A stretch of DNA of 61,068 nucleotides from a virus (IMGVR_UViG_3300019487_000034:1-61068); one strand, 5' to 3'; positions 1 through 8,638 are shown, counted from the stretch's first letter. Program-made: numbers and translations. The notes: generated from the letters alone by a model not told the origin.

Positions 1-90
1 CCCCGTTGGGGTTACCCCGAACGCCCCCCCCCCCCCCAAGCGGGGTCTGCGGGACCCCCCGGGGCCCCCGCCCCCCCCCCCCCCCGCCCG
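1..90. other. Low-complexity poly(C)-rich contig end
   Basis: Long C runs mixed with irregular GC-only sequence; mirrors the C-rich right end. Confidence 0.8.
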
Positions 91-191
91 GTTTATTCTG
101 CAGCTCGTTGGTCCAGCTATACTGGACCCACAGGCGATAACGTAAACCGTACTAAACTTGTTATAACTGGTGTCACCTATTCTGTGTACAA

Positions 192-209
192 GTGTCTCCT
201 CGAAGACAC
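192..209 (+). promoter_or_regulatory. Putative upstream activator site for a sigma54 enhancer-binding protein
   Basis: Inverted repeat GTGTCT-N6-AGACAC containing TGT-N10-ACA (193-208), about 70 bp upstream of the -24 box. Confidence 0.45.
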
Positions 210-275
210 AACTCGAGGGATCATAATCATTAATAGCTAGCTGCATTGCGTAGAAATCATTCGTGATTTCGAAGC

Positions 276-291
276 TGGCACGGTGTCTGCA
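276..291 (+). promoter_or_regulatory. Sigma54 (-24/-12) promoter
   Basis: TGGCACG-GTGT-CTGCA matches consensus TGGCACG-N4-TTGCW with exact GG/GC spacing, at the start of the early arm. Confidence 0.7.
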
Positions 292-301
292 ATAGCTATT
301 C

Positions 302-552
302 TCGTTCGGCGAGGCAAACTGAGTGCAAGCCTCACGGGATACCAGGATACGGCCAGGGGCGCCGCAGGGACTAAGCCCAAGCCTATAAGATCCGGAGACC
401 GACGACCGAACTAACTGAAGCTGGGATCATGGGAATGTTCGCTTGCAGTCAAAGGATGCTGGTGCTCGGGACTACCGCCTGACAAGCGGCCGACGCTGGT
501 GCTGACTAGTTGCAATACAATGTAACGGCGATCTTCCGACCCATGATCCAAA
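302..552 (+). ncRNA. Structured non-coding RNA / long leader of unknown family
   Basis: No credible ORF; long-range helices GTTCGG 304-309/CCGAAC 405-410 and GGATCATGGG 424-433/CCCATGATCC 540-549, with nested hairpins. Confidence 0.6.
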
Positions 553-601
553 CCCGTATCTGCAATTGCAGACTGACGAGCCGGAGTAACGGCGAAACGG
601 G
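553..601 (+). ncRNA. Hammerhead ribozyme, type III (predicted cleavage after A558)
   Basis: CCCG-UA / stem I UCUGC-AAUU-GCAGA / CUGACGA / stem II GCCG-GAGUAA-CGGC / GAAA / CGGG: full catalytic core and all three stems intact. Confidence 0.93.
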
Positions 602-608
602 GAATAAC

Positions 609-794
609 ATGAATATTGAGCAATACGTGGATGCGATTGGGCAATTCGTTGACCTATCGACACTGGACATGTCATCCGATGAGATCGACAATTATGCGGT
701 CGAAATGCTGGAAGCCGGATATTCCGCCGAGGAAGCGGCTGCAGGCTTATGCCTGGAAAATATTCCGGATCAATTTCATTTGCAGGGGGAATAA
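609..794 (+). CDS. Small acidic hypothetical protein (first early gene)
   Basis: ATG at 609 after GGGGA RBS; very D/E-rich. Confidence 0.7.
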   Translation: MNIEQYVDAIGQFVDLSTLDMSSDEIDNYAVEMLEAGYSAEEAAAGLCLENIPDQFHLQGE

Positions 795-795
795 T

Positions 796-951
796 ATGAT
801 TAAGTTTGGAAGTCACGTCTGGTTTATTCGGGAGCGGGCCGGACAGTACTGGTTGGTAGACGATAGTAATCCCGAACTGGCCCTGAAGTTGCAAGGTGTT
901 CACTGCCAGGCCGAGGCGGAACGCATGGCCTGGGTGTTGATAAACGGATAA
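796..951 (+). CDS. Hypothetical protein
   Basis: ATG after AGGGGGA RBS, abuts previous stop. Confidence 0.6.
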   Translation: MIKFGSHVWFIRERAGQYWLVDDSNPELALKLQGVHCQAEAERMAWVLING

Positions 952-968
952 TAAACTAGGAGCATCAA

Positions 969-1211
969 ATGCGAGTCTTCAATCAAGCGGGCGATACGGT
1001 TAACATTACGGTCGGCGGGCGTTACTCCGATGATATACAGATCAATTCGGCCGAATTCGAGATGCATCCGGAGCTGGATGTCCCGGACACCGATATTGAG
1101 TGGATTCTCGAGAATCACGCTGATGAGATCTACCAGGAATGGCTCGAGAATCGGATTGATGAGGCAGAATTGGCTTGCGAGTTGCGTCGAGATGCGGAGA
1201 TGGGACTATGA
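969..1211 (+). CDS. Acidic hypothetical protein
   Basis: AGGAG RBS, 80 aa. Confidence 0.7.
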   Translation: MRVFNQAGDTVNITVGGRYSDDIQINSAEFEMHPELDVPDTDIEWILENHADEIYQEWLENRIDEAELACELRRDAEMGL

Positions 1212-1492
1212 GTCACAAGTTAACACCGACCCGACCGGGTCCAGAATTCAGTCACAAGCTGACACTTCACCAGGTCATGAAATTGGGTCTCGAGGTGTGG
1301 GTAATACGATATAACAATCGGGACGTATACCAGTATCTATCGGAGCGTATTGCCCGGACTAGGTTCGAACGTCTCCGCATGGAATTGGAAAGGGGACTGC
1401 ATGCGTCCACGGACCCAGAACGGAGCCAACATGCGGCCCATCCGGTGGGCCCCGAAGGGAGACATCATGTATCTGCTCGCCGATCAGTCTAG
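1208..1492 (+). CDS. Hypothetical protein
   Basis: ATGA overlap with previous stop; short SHKLT duplication. Confidence 0.5.
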   Translation: MSHKLTPTRPGPEFSHKLTLHQVMKLGLEVWVIRYNNRDVYQYLSERIARTRFERLRMELERGLHASTDPERSQHAAHPVGPEGRHHVSARRSV

Positions 1493-2243
1493 TAATGCGA
1501 AACTGTCGAAGAATCTCGGTATCACGGCCAAATGGCAGACCTCGATTCTATACCTGTCCCCCGCCGATAGCAGCGATCTGACAGATAGCTCCGGCGGTCC
1601 GGTTAACCTCTGTCCGGCGGCGAGTCCCGGTTGCCGTGCGGCATGCCTCAATACGGCCGGACGTGGTGCCATGAGTAGCGTGCAGCTCGGGCGTCTCCGC
1701 AAGACGAAACTTCTGGTCCAAGACCCGATCGAATTTAACCGGCAACTATCTGCGGACCTCGAGACGCTTGTCAATCGTCAGCGTAGAACGGGAGTGAGGC
1801 AGGCAGTCCGTCTAAACGGAACGTCCGATATCGCATGGGAATTCCATTCCATTGTCCGGAACGGAACGGAGTTCGACGGAGTCCCCCAGGCATTCCCCGA
1901 ACTTCTCTTCTACGATTACACCAAGTTGCCGAATAGGATAATCGACTTCGCTACTCCCGAGGATTCCTGGTTTCCGAGTAACTACCATCTAACATTCAGT
2001 CGGTCCGAAGTTAACGACGTGATAGTCCGGCGATTGCTCAAGTATAGCACAGTCACGGTCGCAGTTGTATTCTCCGGAACACAGTTGCCTACTGAATGGA
2101 ACGGCCGGCCGGTGATCGACGGGACACAGCATGATATGAGATTCCTGGACCCGGCCGGTGTAATTGTGGGCCTGTTGGCTAAGGGCAAGGCGAAACGTGA
2201 TGACTCAGGATTTACTATCCAATTAACGGAGGGAGCGGCATGA
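1467..2243 (+). CDS. GP88-like phage protein (Cys-motif, radical-SAM-like)
   Basis: LCPAASPGCRAACLNTAGRG, VRLNGTSDI, FYDYTK, YHLTFSRSE, HDMRFLD motifs; RBS GGGAG before ATG 1467. Confidence 0.75.
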   Translation: MYLLADQSSNAKLSKNLGITAKWQTSILYLSPADSSDLTDSSGGPVNLCPAASPGCRAACLNTAGRGAMSSVQLGRLRKTKLLVQDPIEFNRQLSADLETLVNRQRRTGVRQAVRLNGTSDIAWEFHSIVRNGTEFDGVPQAFPELLFYDYTKLPNRIIDFATPEDSWFPSNYHLTFSRSEVNDVIVRRLLKYSTVTVAVVFSGTQLPTEWNGRPVIDGTQHDMRFLDPAGVIVGLLAKGKAKRDDSGFTIQLTEGAA

Positions 2244-2482
2244 GTAAGTGCCAGCGTTGCGGAGGCAAGGCCAAGTTATATTCAATCTCGGCGAAATGTT
2301 CGGACCTATACTCACATGAGCATATCGGAGGCAAGAGCTACGATGGCTACGTGCCCGATTGGATCGGCGAATACGGTGATTATGTGCGATTCACTATCTG
2401 TCGACACTGTGGCCAGGTCCAGGGGGAATGGCCTGAACTGGACAGTTCAATTAACAAGTTCAAATCAGGAAAGGCGAGTTAA
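2240..2482 (+). CDS. Zn-finger-like hypothetical protein
   Basis: CQRC...CRHC; ATGA overlap. Confidence 0.7.
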   Translation: MSKCQRCGGKAKLYSISAKCSDLYSHEHIGGKSYDGYVPDWIGEYGDYVRFTICRHCGQVQGEWPELDSSINKFKSGKAS

Positions 2483-2484
2483 CC

Positions 2485-2577
2485 ATGGACGAATACCTAC
2501 TATTCTATATTCCAGTCCTAATAGGACTAGGACTGGCAATCCTAGTACTACTAACCGTAGACGATGGGAGGGATTGA
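2485..2577 (+). CDS. Small membrane peptide (30 aa)
   Basis: MDEYLLFYIPVLIGLGLAILVLLTVDDGRD fills the gap exactly; below ORF-track cutoff. Confidence 0.55.
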   Translation: MDEYLLFYIPVLIGLGLAILVLLTVDDGRD

Positions 2578-2578
2578 T

Positions 2579-2851
2579 ATGTCTGTGATAATGTCAGTCA
2601 CGTTCGGGCATCGCCCGGTGACACAGATCGAGTTGGTATTAACACGGGACACTGAGCGGTATACCGTATCCGTGAATGATTCGGAGGGACTCCTGCACCT
2701 GACGGAATTCCCGTTCGATGACACGATTGAGTTACTGGATGCAAACGAACAGGCACTGGAATGGTTCGACACTGTGCATGAGGCTATCACACAGTACGTA
2801 GATCAATCTGGTAGCCAAGCGATTCGCAATCTGGTGAATACACTGCAGTAA
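2579..2851 (+). CDS. Hypothetical protein
   Basis: GGGAGGG RBS. Confidence 0.7.
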   Translation: MSVIMSVTFGHRPVTQIELVLTRDTERYTVSVNDSEGLLHLTEFPFDDTIELLDANEQALEWFDTVHEAITQYVDQSGSQAIRNLVNTLQ

Positions 2852-2863
2852 CGGAGGTACGCC

Positions 2864-3535
2864 ATGGCCATCTATAACGACGGACTTCCCAAGGAACATT
2901 GCCGCAAGATCATACTGGATCGAATGAGTGAACGTCTGTCATCCGCATTTACACTGCCCTCCGAGTCACTGACGTTCGAGCAGAGACTGACTGAGTTGAA
3001 CCCGAATATCCGGCTAGTTGGTGCTGAATGGGACACAGGCGTGTGGTCTAGGGCACAGGAGAAGGCCAACCGCTGGCGACTGCCAATCTCCATAATGCGG
3101 GGTGAGGATCTCAACGTACTCAAGTCAGCGGAACAGCAGCAATTCCAATTGATGTGGCTAGACTGGTGTGGATCATTGACTTCTAATCGTATTGATTACA
3201 TGAGACGCATAGCGAGGGGATTACATTCCTGTCAATACCTAGCCGTTACTATTCTGGCAGCTCGAGAGCCTGCGGGTAATCTTCCCGAAGCGTATGCCAG
3301 GGACCGAGCTTCCTGGATCACGACGCAGCTGCGGAGTGCAGCGACCCGTAGGGATCGGCACTGTCACCCATTGCACATAGTGCGTTATCATTCTCATGTC
3401 GGAGACTATGTCTCATCACCAATGTTATTCATGCTATTCCAATTTCATGAATCGAAGTATCCGGTCCTCGATATTTCTGATTTTACTCGGGTTGAACATT
3501 TAGTGTCCACAGGTAGACGTTTGGTTGCAGCGTAA
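2864..3535 (+). CDS. Putative SAM-dependent methyltransferase-fold protein
   Basis: LVGAEWD and FQLMWLDWCG resemble class I MTase strands; GGAGG RBS. Confidence 0.45.
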   Translation: MAIYNDGLPKEHCRKIILDRMSERLSSAFTLPSESLTFEQRLTELNPNIRLVGAEWDTGVWSRAQEKANRWRLPISIMRGEDLNVLKSAEQQQFQLMWLDWCGSLTSNRIDYMRRIARGLHSCQYLAVTILAAREPAGNLPEAYARDRASWITTQLRSAATRRDRHCHPLHIVRYHSHVGDYVSSPMLFMLFQFHESKYPVLDISDFTRVEHLVSTGRRLVAA

Positions 3536-3585
3536 TATTCGAACAGTACCGACGTGTATGCAAATAACAAGAAGGAGAACACATC

Positions 3586-4323
3586 GTGAGTCAGAATCTC
3601 AGCTCAGTCAGCATCAGTGAGTACGCCGATCGTGCATTGGCATCAGTCTCGGGACGCTATCGCCCAGTGGACACCGAGTCACTAGTGCAGAAGATCATTA
3701 AGGACATTGGCCTGGGTGCGACGGTCGAAGCTGTATCCGGGAGGGGCTCGAAGAGTACCAAGCATGCAGTAGTACTGACACTGCCGAACCCCGTGAGTCT
3801 TGCCGGAACCCAGTGCTACCCCCGGATCTATGTCCGGAACTCATACGATGGGGAGTCGGCACTGACCGTACGTGTCGGCTTCTATAGGCTCATCTGCACC
3901 AATGGCATGATGATTGGCACGGATCACTTCAATGGCCGCATCGTACACTTGCAGTCTGGTGTCCAGCAGTTGGCACAGTTGCGGAGTAGCATTGTCGCTG
4001 CTGTCCAGTGGTGCACGGTCGAGCTGCCCAAGCTTGCGGACAGATTGAATTCGGTGCTCCTCACACCGGTACAAATTAGCACCGTACTGGCGAGGATCGG
4101 AGCATCGAAGCGGTTAGCCGAGCGGGTCAGCACTCGAGTGCAGTTCCCGTGGGTTGCGGTTCGCACCGAGGATCGCCAGGTCGATGGTCAATTGACAGCG
4201 TGGAACGTGTGGAATATTATCAATGAGCAGCAGCGAATCCTCTCACGGTCGCAGCTCCGTCAATTGGAAGTCAATGCCCGGCTACTGGATGCAGTCGAGG
4301 CAGTAGTTCAGCAAGCCGCATAG
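3586..4323 (+). CDS. DUF932/DUF945-family protein
   Basis: NSYDGESAL...GFYRLICTNGM signature. Confidence 0.8.
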   Translation: MSQNLSSVSISEYADRALASVSGRYRPVDTESLVQKIIKDIGLGATVEAVSGRGSKSTKHAVVLTLPNPVSLAGTQCYPRIYVRNSYDGESALTVRVGFYRLICTNGMMIGTDHFNGRIVHLQSGVQQLAQLRSSIVAAVQWCTVELPKLADRLNSVLLTPVQISTVLARIGASKRLAERVSTRVQFPWVAVRTEDRQVDGQLTAWNVWNIINEQQRILSRSQLRQLEVNARLLDAVEAVVQQAA

Positions 4324-4404
4324 CCCTCTGCAATTGCTGCTGCAATCATGCCTCGGTCAACCGATCCCATGGAAGGGATCCCGCCTACAACGAGGAAGAG
4401 TAAC

Positions 4405-4578
4405 ATGACCAGTCCCGAACTGGCACTCGCCATAATTGCCGCACGCAAGTGGCGGAATGGACACCTAATCGAGCTGGACCTCAAGGGTCTGCGGGATCAA
4501 CCGATAGATCGAGAGTTGGATTCGGATTGTACACCCGAACAATGGGAGAGACTGAATAATGATTCAACAATTCGTTGA
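4405..4578 (+). CDS. Hypothetical protein
   Basis: GAGGA RBS before ATG 4405. Confidence 0.5.
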   Translation: MTSPELALAIIAARKWRNGHLIELDLKGLRDQPIDRELDSDCTPEQWERLNNDSTIR

Positions 4579-4960
4579 TCGCTTCATGGGCTCACGGGAT
4601 ATGCTGCGATCTAAGTGGGCATTGAAACATGTAGATTCCTACAAAGAGCTAGTAACAGACGTCGTCCAGATCCTCCATGATCCGGAGGAGTATGAGTCCA
4701 TTGATCCGAATAGAGTGCATCTCATCGACGATGGTGACTATCAGGGAACGCTGTTGTTTGTGATTGCTGCTGGAGGATACCAGCCGAGTACCTACTGGTA
4801 CGTGAAGGTCAGTTACGGTAGTTGCAGCGGATGTGATACACTGGAAGGAATCCGTGGGTACTATGAGCTTCCTCCCACCGAGGAACAATTAGATCAATAC
4901 CTAACCCTAGCCCTGCATGTGGTGCAGGGATTGAAAGGAATGAACAATGAGGAAGAATAA
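4559..4960 (+). CDS. Hypothetical phage protein
   Basis: GDYQG and YGSCSGCDTLE motifs. Confidence 0.7.
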   Translation: MIQQFVDRFMGSRDMLRSKWALKHVDSYKELVTDVVQILHDPEEYESIDPNRVHLIDDGDYQGTLLFVIAAGGYQPSTYWYVKVSYGSCSGCDTLEGIRGYYELPPTEEQLDQYLTLALHVVQGLKGMNNEEE

Positions 4961-5168
4961 TATTCGAGTGACACGTCCGGATCAGGCACGTGCCGAAGCG
5001 GCAGCCAAACGCCGGGCCAAGCGAAAGCAAGTGCGCACGGCCCTCCTCGCCCCGTATCGCAAGCTCCTGGTAGCTCGAGATGAGCAGATCTCCAAGCTCA
5101 TCACTGAGGTACAGGAGTTGTCGTCGGAGAATCAGAAGCTTCGACTTCCGGTGACGGAGGGCAAGTGA
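4947..5168 (+). CDS. Basic coiled-coil hypothetical protein
   Basis: Tight operon packing. Confidence 0.6.
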   Translation: MRKNNIRVTRPDQARAEAAAKRRAKRKQVRTALLAPYRKLLVARDEQISKLITEVQELSSENQKLRLPVTEGK

Positions 5169-5476
5169 GTCACACACCACCACCTCCGAAACCCCCGGTT
5201 TACAAGACGTATGCCGAACGTGCCGCAGCGGAGAAGAAGATACGGGATGAGAGTAACCGGAAGACTCATCAGGAGTACCGGCTACCTCCAGTACCGGCGC
5301 TCGGTAAGACACGACGACATGACCCGAAGGATCCGGTCCCGAGTGCGGGTGGTATTCCAACGAGGGACATGGAGCCAATCAAGCTTCCACTGCGGAAGCG
5401 TGAGGATCGGGGTAAGTTTGCGGATATCATATCCATTAATCGGAAGGAGGGAAGAGGAGATGGACAACAGGATTGA
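5165..5476 (+). CDS. Hypothetical protein
   Basis: GGAGG RBS, GTGA overlap. Confidence 0.6.
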   Translation: MSHTPPPPKPPVYKTYAERAAAEKKIRDESNRKTHQEYRLPPVPALGKTRRHDPKDPVPSAGGIPTRDMEPIKLPLRKREDRGKFADIISINRKEGRGDGQQD

Positions 5477-5726
5477 GACTGAATCACTTGCCGATTGGAT
5501 TGGCGGTCGCAGTAACCGCCCCCGCTGGTCTGAGCCCGAGGGTATGACAGCCTGGGAATTACTGAAATGGTACCGTCAATGCTCGCAACGCCAGAGGATT
5601 CGACATGCTACCAGGATCCGTGAATTGTCCGAGCAGGTAATTCGTGAGTATCACGAAGTGGGATACGAGAAGGGTCGGATGGATCCCCTGTCCCTTATAC
5701 TCGGTCCAATGAGGGAGGCCAAATGA
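5460..5726 (+). CDS. Hypothetical protein
   Basis: GGAGG/GAGGAG RBS. Confidence 0.55.
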   Translation: MDNRIETESLADWIGGRSNRPRWSEPEGMTAWELLKWYRQCSQRQRIRHATRIRELSEQVIREYHEVGYEKGRMDPLSLILGPMREAK

Positions 5727-6313
5727 TACCGTATTCGCCACATGTTTTGCTAGCGCTGGGATTATTGAATCCCCAATACGGGTTACTGGCCGAACCCACC
5801 CCACCCCTCTCAACTCACAAGTGTGGCATCTCACTGGCAGAGCATGCTGGACTATCTCCGCACGATGCGGAGATAGTCGTCGGGCAGATCGAGCTGCATT
5901 CGGTCTCCCAGGACGAGGAGTTTCTCCGAGTACTGTACGCATTAGCCTATGTTGAGAGTAGATTTCGGACGGACCGGAGGTCAAGTGCTGGGGCGGTGGG
6001 CATTCTCCAGGTAACCCTCGATGCAGCGAAGCACATCCATGTACTGCGCCGTACCGTTGGGTTGCGGGAGGTAGCTCCCACACTCAAGAGACTATCACAA
6101 GTTCCGATCAATGTCAACTACGGTTCTGCCTACCTGTGGCTGGCTCTGGAAGAGGCCGATGGGGACTACCTGGGTGCCCTCACTATGTACAATGGCGGCT
6201 ATCGGCAGTTGACTAATCTGCGACGAGGTGCTATTGTCACTCATGAGACTGCGCAGTACGTACTGCGAGTCATGACTCTGGCATTTACATGTGGTGTGAA
6301 GAGTCCAGGGTAA
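5723..6313 (+). CDS. Lytic transglycosylase (SLT domain)
   Basis: VESRF catalytic Glu, SSAGAVGILQV, YGSAYL, MYNGG, ETAQYV motifs. Confidence 0.85.
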   Translation: MIPYSPHVLLALGLLNPQYGLLAEPTPPLSTHKCGISLAEHAGLSPHDAEIVVGQIELHSVSQDEEFLRVLYALAYVESRFRTDRRSSAGAVGILQVTLDAAKHIHVLRRTVGLREVAPTLKRLSQVPINVNYGSAYLWLALEEADGDYLGALTMYNGGYRQLTNLRRGAIVTHETAQYVLRVMTLAFTCGVKSPG

Positions 6314-6335
6314 TAGCAATTCCACGGAGGTTTGG

Positions 6336-7112
6336 ATGATTAAGTTTCTTCTGGCATTGTTCACTTCGTTCTATGCGTGTACGGGACTGTCCGATTCCCT
6401 ATTCATCGGGGGAGGTACACCTGCGAAGGTGGTAAATGTTGATAATCATTTCCTCTATCTCGATGGGGTGATCACGGGTCAGACTATTGCTCCACTCCAA
6501 GAGGCACTCGAGAAGATCATCACCGCCGGTGGCAGTAAACGAGCAGTAACAATCCTCATCAATTCCCCGGGCGGTGGTGTCGTTGCCGGTATGTCCTTCA
6601 TTAATCGAATGCAGACTCTCCGTGCCCTGGGTACCGAGATTAACTGCTATGTGCTAGATGTTGCTGCCTCGATGGCATTTCAGATTCTCACTCAGTGTAC
6701 TACCCGGTATACTATGCCGACCTCCTTCCTCCTCTGGCACGGGGTTCGAATGGGAACGTATCAGCCCATTACGGCCGAACTGGCCCGGCAGATGGCAGCT
6801 GATCTCGAGCGCATGGACTTCATGGTAATGCGGCAGTTGGCTAGTACCCTCAGTATGAAGGATGATGATATCCGTAGTCACTTCCGCAATGAGACCCTGT
6901 GGTCCGGTGCCGGTCTACATTTCATAGACCCCTACTTCATTAGTATCGAGGATGCCTATCCAGAGTTGATGTCGAAGTTGGATACTGCTGTTCGCACCGA
7001 GGAGCCTATGTTCTTCCTACAATTGGATGGCATGATCTACATCTGGGAGAGTTGGGCTCGGAAGGCTGGTTTGATTCCAGCTATTCAACCTGGCATGGAG
7101 GGGGCACAGTGA
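6336..7112 (+). CDS. ClpP/S49-like serine protease with N-terminal signal-like peptide
   Basis: ILINSPGG, AASMA (Ser), LLWH (His), ETLW motifs. Confidence 0.8.
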   Translation: MIKFLLALFTSFYACTGLSDSLFIGGGTPAKVVNVDNHFLYLDGVITGQTIAPLQEALEKIITAGGSKRAVTILINSPGGGVVAGMSFINRMQTLRALGTEINCYVLDVAASMAFQILTQCTTRYTMPTSFLLWHGVRMGTYQPITAELARQMAADLERMDFMVMRQLASTLSMKDDDIRSHFRNETLWSGAGLHFIDPYFISIEDAYPELMSKLDTAVRTEEPMFFLQLDGMIYIWESWARKAGLIPAIQPGMEGAQ

Positions 7113-7459
7113 GTCGTAGAATCTCGTTTAAACTCTATGATAAGGATGCTGCCGGTAATCCACTGAACGAGTTGGGCCTGAGTCTCGCATTCCAGCGGCA
7201 CTACGCTGTCAATCTCGGGGTGCCAGATGATCTGAATATACTGGTGAAGAAAGTCTGGTTGAAGTTTCTGATGGATTCAGTGGACCCTGTTGCCTCTGAC
7301 AAAGCAAACTTGAGTAAGGCTGGAGTAACTGATGCGGTTCCACAAGGAGACACTGCGGGACATGGCGAGCCGGCTCTCGGGGAACCCGAGGGGAATACTG
7401 GTGATGCAGTGGCCCAGCCGCAAGTTGTGGATGATCAGGACACCACTACCACTGGGTGA
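7109..7459 (+). CDS. Hypothetical protein
   Basis: GTGA overlap, GGAGGGG RBS. Confidence 0.55.
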   Translation: MSRRISFKLYDKDAAGNPLNELGLSLAFQRHYAVNLGVPDDLNILVKKVWLKFLMDSVDPVASDKANLSKAGVTDAVPQGDTAGHGEPALGEPEGNTGDAVAQPQVVDDQDTTTTG

Positions 7460-7553
7460 CCTGTGCCCTGCGGTATTAATGAGGGACCGTGACCAGGCTC
7501 CGGTGTGGGTGAGCGTGGATGACCCAGTGTGGATCTACCGTGGAGTACTCTGA
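7332..7553 (+). CDS. Hypothetical protein overlapping the previous gene's 3' end
   Basis: GGAG RBS; stop overlaps next ATG (TGATG). Confidence 0.45.
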   Translation: MRFHKETLRDMASRLSGNPRGILVMQWPSRKLWMIRTPLPLGDLCPAVLMRDRDQAPVWVSVDDPVWIYRGVL

Positions 7554-8635
7554 TGTCAATTATCCGGTTGGATATTGGGCAGCGATTACGAGAGGGCCGG
7601 CAGCTTGCTCGCCGTGAGTACCAGGCCCAGGATGTCCTGAAGCTCGGTGTACTCCGTGCGGGTAACTCCGGCATTGTCTCGGTTGACGGTGAGGTAGCTG
7701 CCTCGTGTCACAGGGTGGCACATCTCCGGCAACTCGGCATCGAGGTGGATCCACCGGATGACTCCTCCCTGTTGATGTTCCAGTTGGGCACCGCCAATGA
7801 ACAAGTGGTATACGAGGACCTGGTGCACACGGCCGGATCCGACGAGGTTATCCTCAGAGAGGAAGAGATCCCGATCGAGTGGTTCACGTCGAATGGTACG
7901 AAGGTTACGGGCCGCCCGGACATGGTGATCTGTCACCAGACCCAGGGTCCGGACTGCGAGCCCAAACCGGTGTTATGCGTGGAGATTAAGAGTATCGCCT
8001 CAGTGTGGACCAGTAGTGCCGTGATGTTCGATGGTGAGCCCAAGCTGGGGCACCTGGCCCAGGTGGGCCACTATATGTGGAAGCTGGGAACCCCGGGACG
8101 TATAGTCTACAAGCAGTATGCTATCCAGGAGATCCCGAACTGGACCGAGGTGGTCAACGGTGAGAAGCGCAAGGGCTGGGGTCAGAAGCTATTCCCCCGT
8201 GCTGGTGCTCCGGGTTCCGAGCTAATAGACTACGAGAAGGGTCGCATCCGTCCGTTCGAAGTAGTGTATGAGTTGGAGTTTACGGACGACGGCGTGCTCA
8301 AGTATAAGCGGGAGGGAGCCGAGACCGATTGGACCTTGACGATCGTGAGTACTACTGACATTGCTCGATTCTATGAGCTGGTCTCCAACATGGCTAGCAC
8401 AGGTAACCTGGGTCCCCGGCCGCTCACACTCTCCCCGGATGGGTCGACCAAGCGGTTCACGAACTGCGCATACTGTCCGTTGAATGCGGTGTGTGATTCG
8501 GTTGAGGGTGCCGATCCTGGTACGCAGTACCTGCAGTGGCTGGATGCAGTGCGAGAACATGTGGCGAACCGAGGGGCTAGTAGTGAAGTGAGCCCAACAC
8601 CGAAACGGGTTGACAAGCGTAGCAAACTGAAGTAA
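7553..8635 (+). CDS. Cas4/AddB-like PD-(D/E)xK exonuclease
   Basis: N-terminal SCHR Cys, GRPD, VEIKS, QVGHY, C-terminal CAYCPLNAVC (four-Cys Fe-S staple pattern). Confidence 0.75.
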   Translation: MSIIRLDIGQRLREGRQLARREYQAQDVLKLGVLRAGNSGIVSVDGEVAASCHRVAHLRQLGIEVDPPDDSSLLMFQLGTANEQVVYEDLVHTAGSDEVILREEEIPIEWFTSNGTKVTGRPDMVICHQTQGPDCEPKPVLCVEIKSIASVWTSSAVMFDGEPKLGHLAQVGHYMWKLGTPGRIVYKQYAIQEIPNWTEVVNGEKRKGWGQKLFPRAGAPGSELIDYEKGRIRPFEVVYELEFTDDGVLKYKREGAETDWTLTIVSTTDIARFYELVSNMASTGNLGPRPLTLSPDGSTKRFTNCAYCPLNAVCDSVEGADPGTQYLQWLDAVREHVANRGASSEVSPTPKRVDKRSKLK

Positions 8636-8638
8636 TGT
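8610..8638 (+). promoter_or_regulatory. Sigma70-type promoter
   Basis: TTGACA-N17-TAATGT. Confidence 0.55.

Noticed and set aside
6361-6371. Minus-strand copy of GAACGAAGTGA
   Set aside because: Lacks the immediate closing stem and the GTCGA hairpin; lies within a signal-peptide coding region
7553-8635. CRISPR-Cas system suggested by the Cas4-like gene
   Set aside because: No repeat-spacer array or other cas genes; solo Cas4-like nucleases are common in phage replication modules
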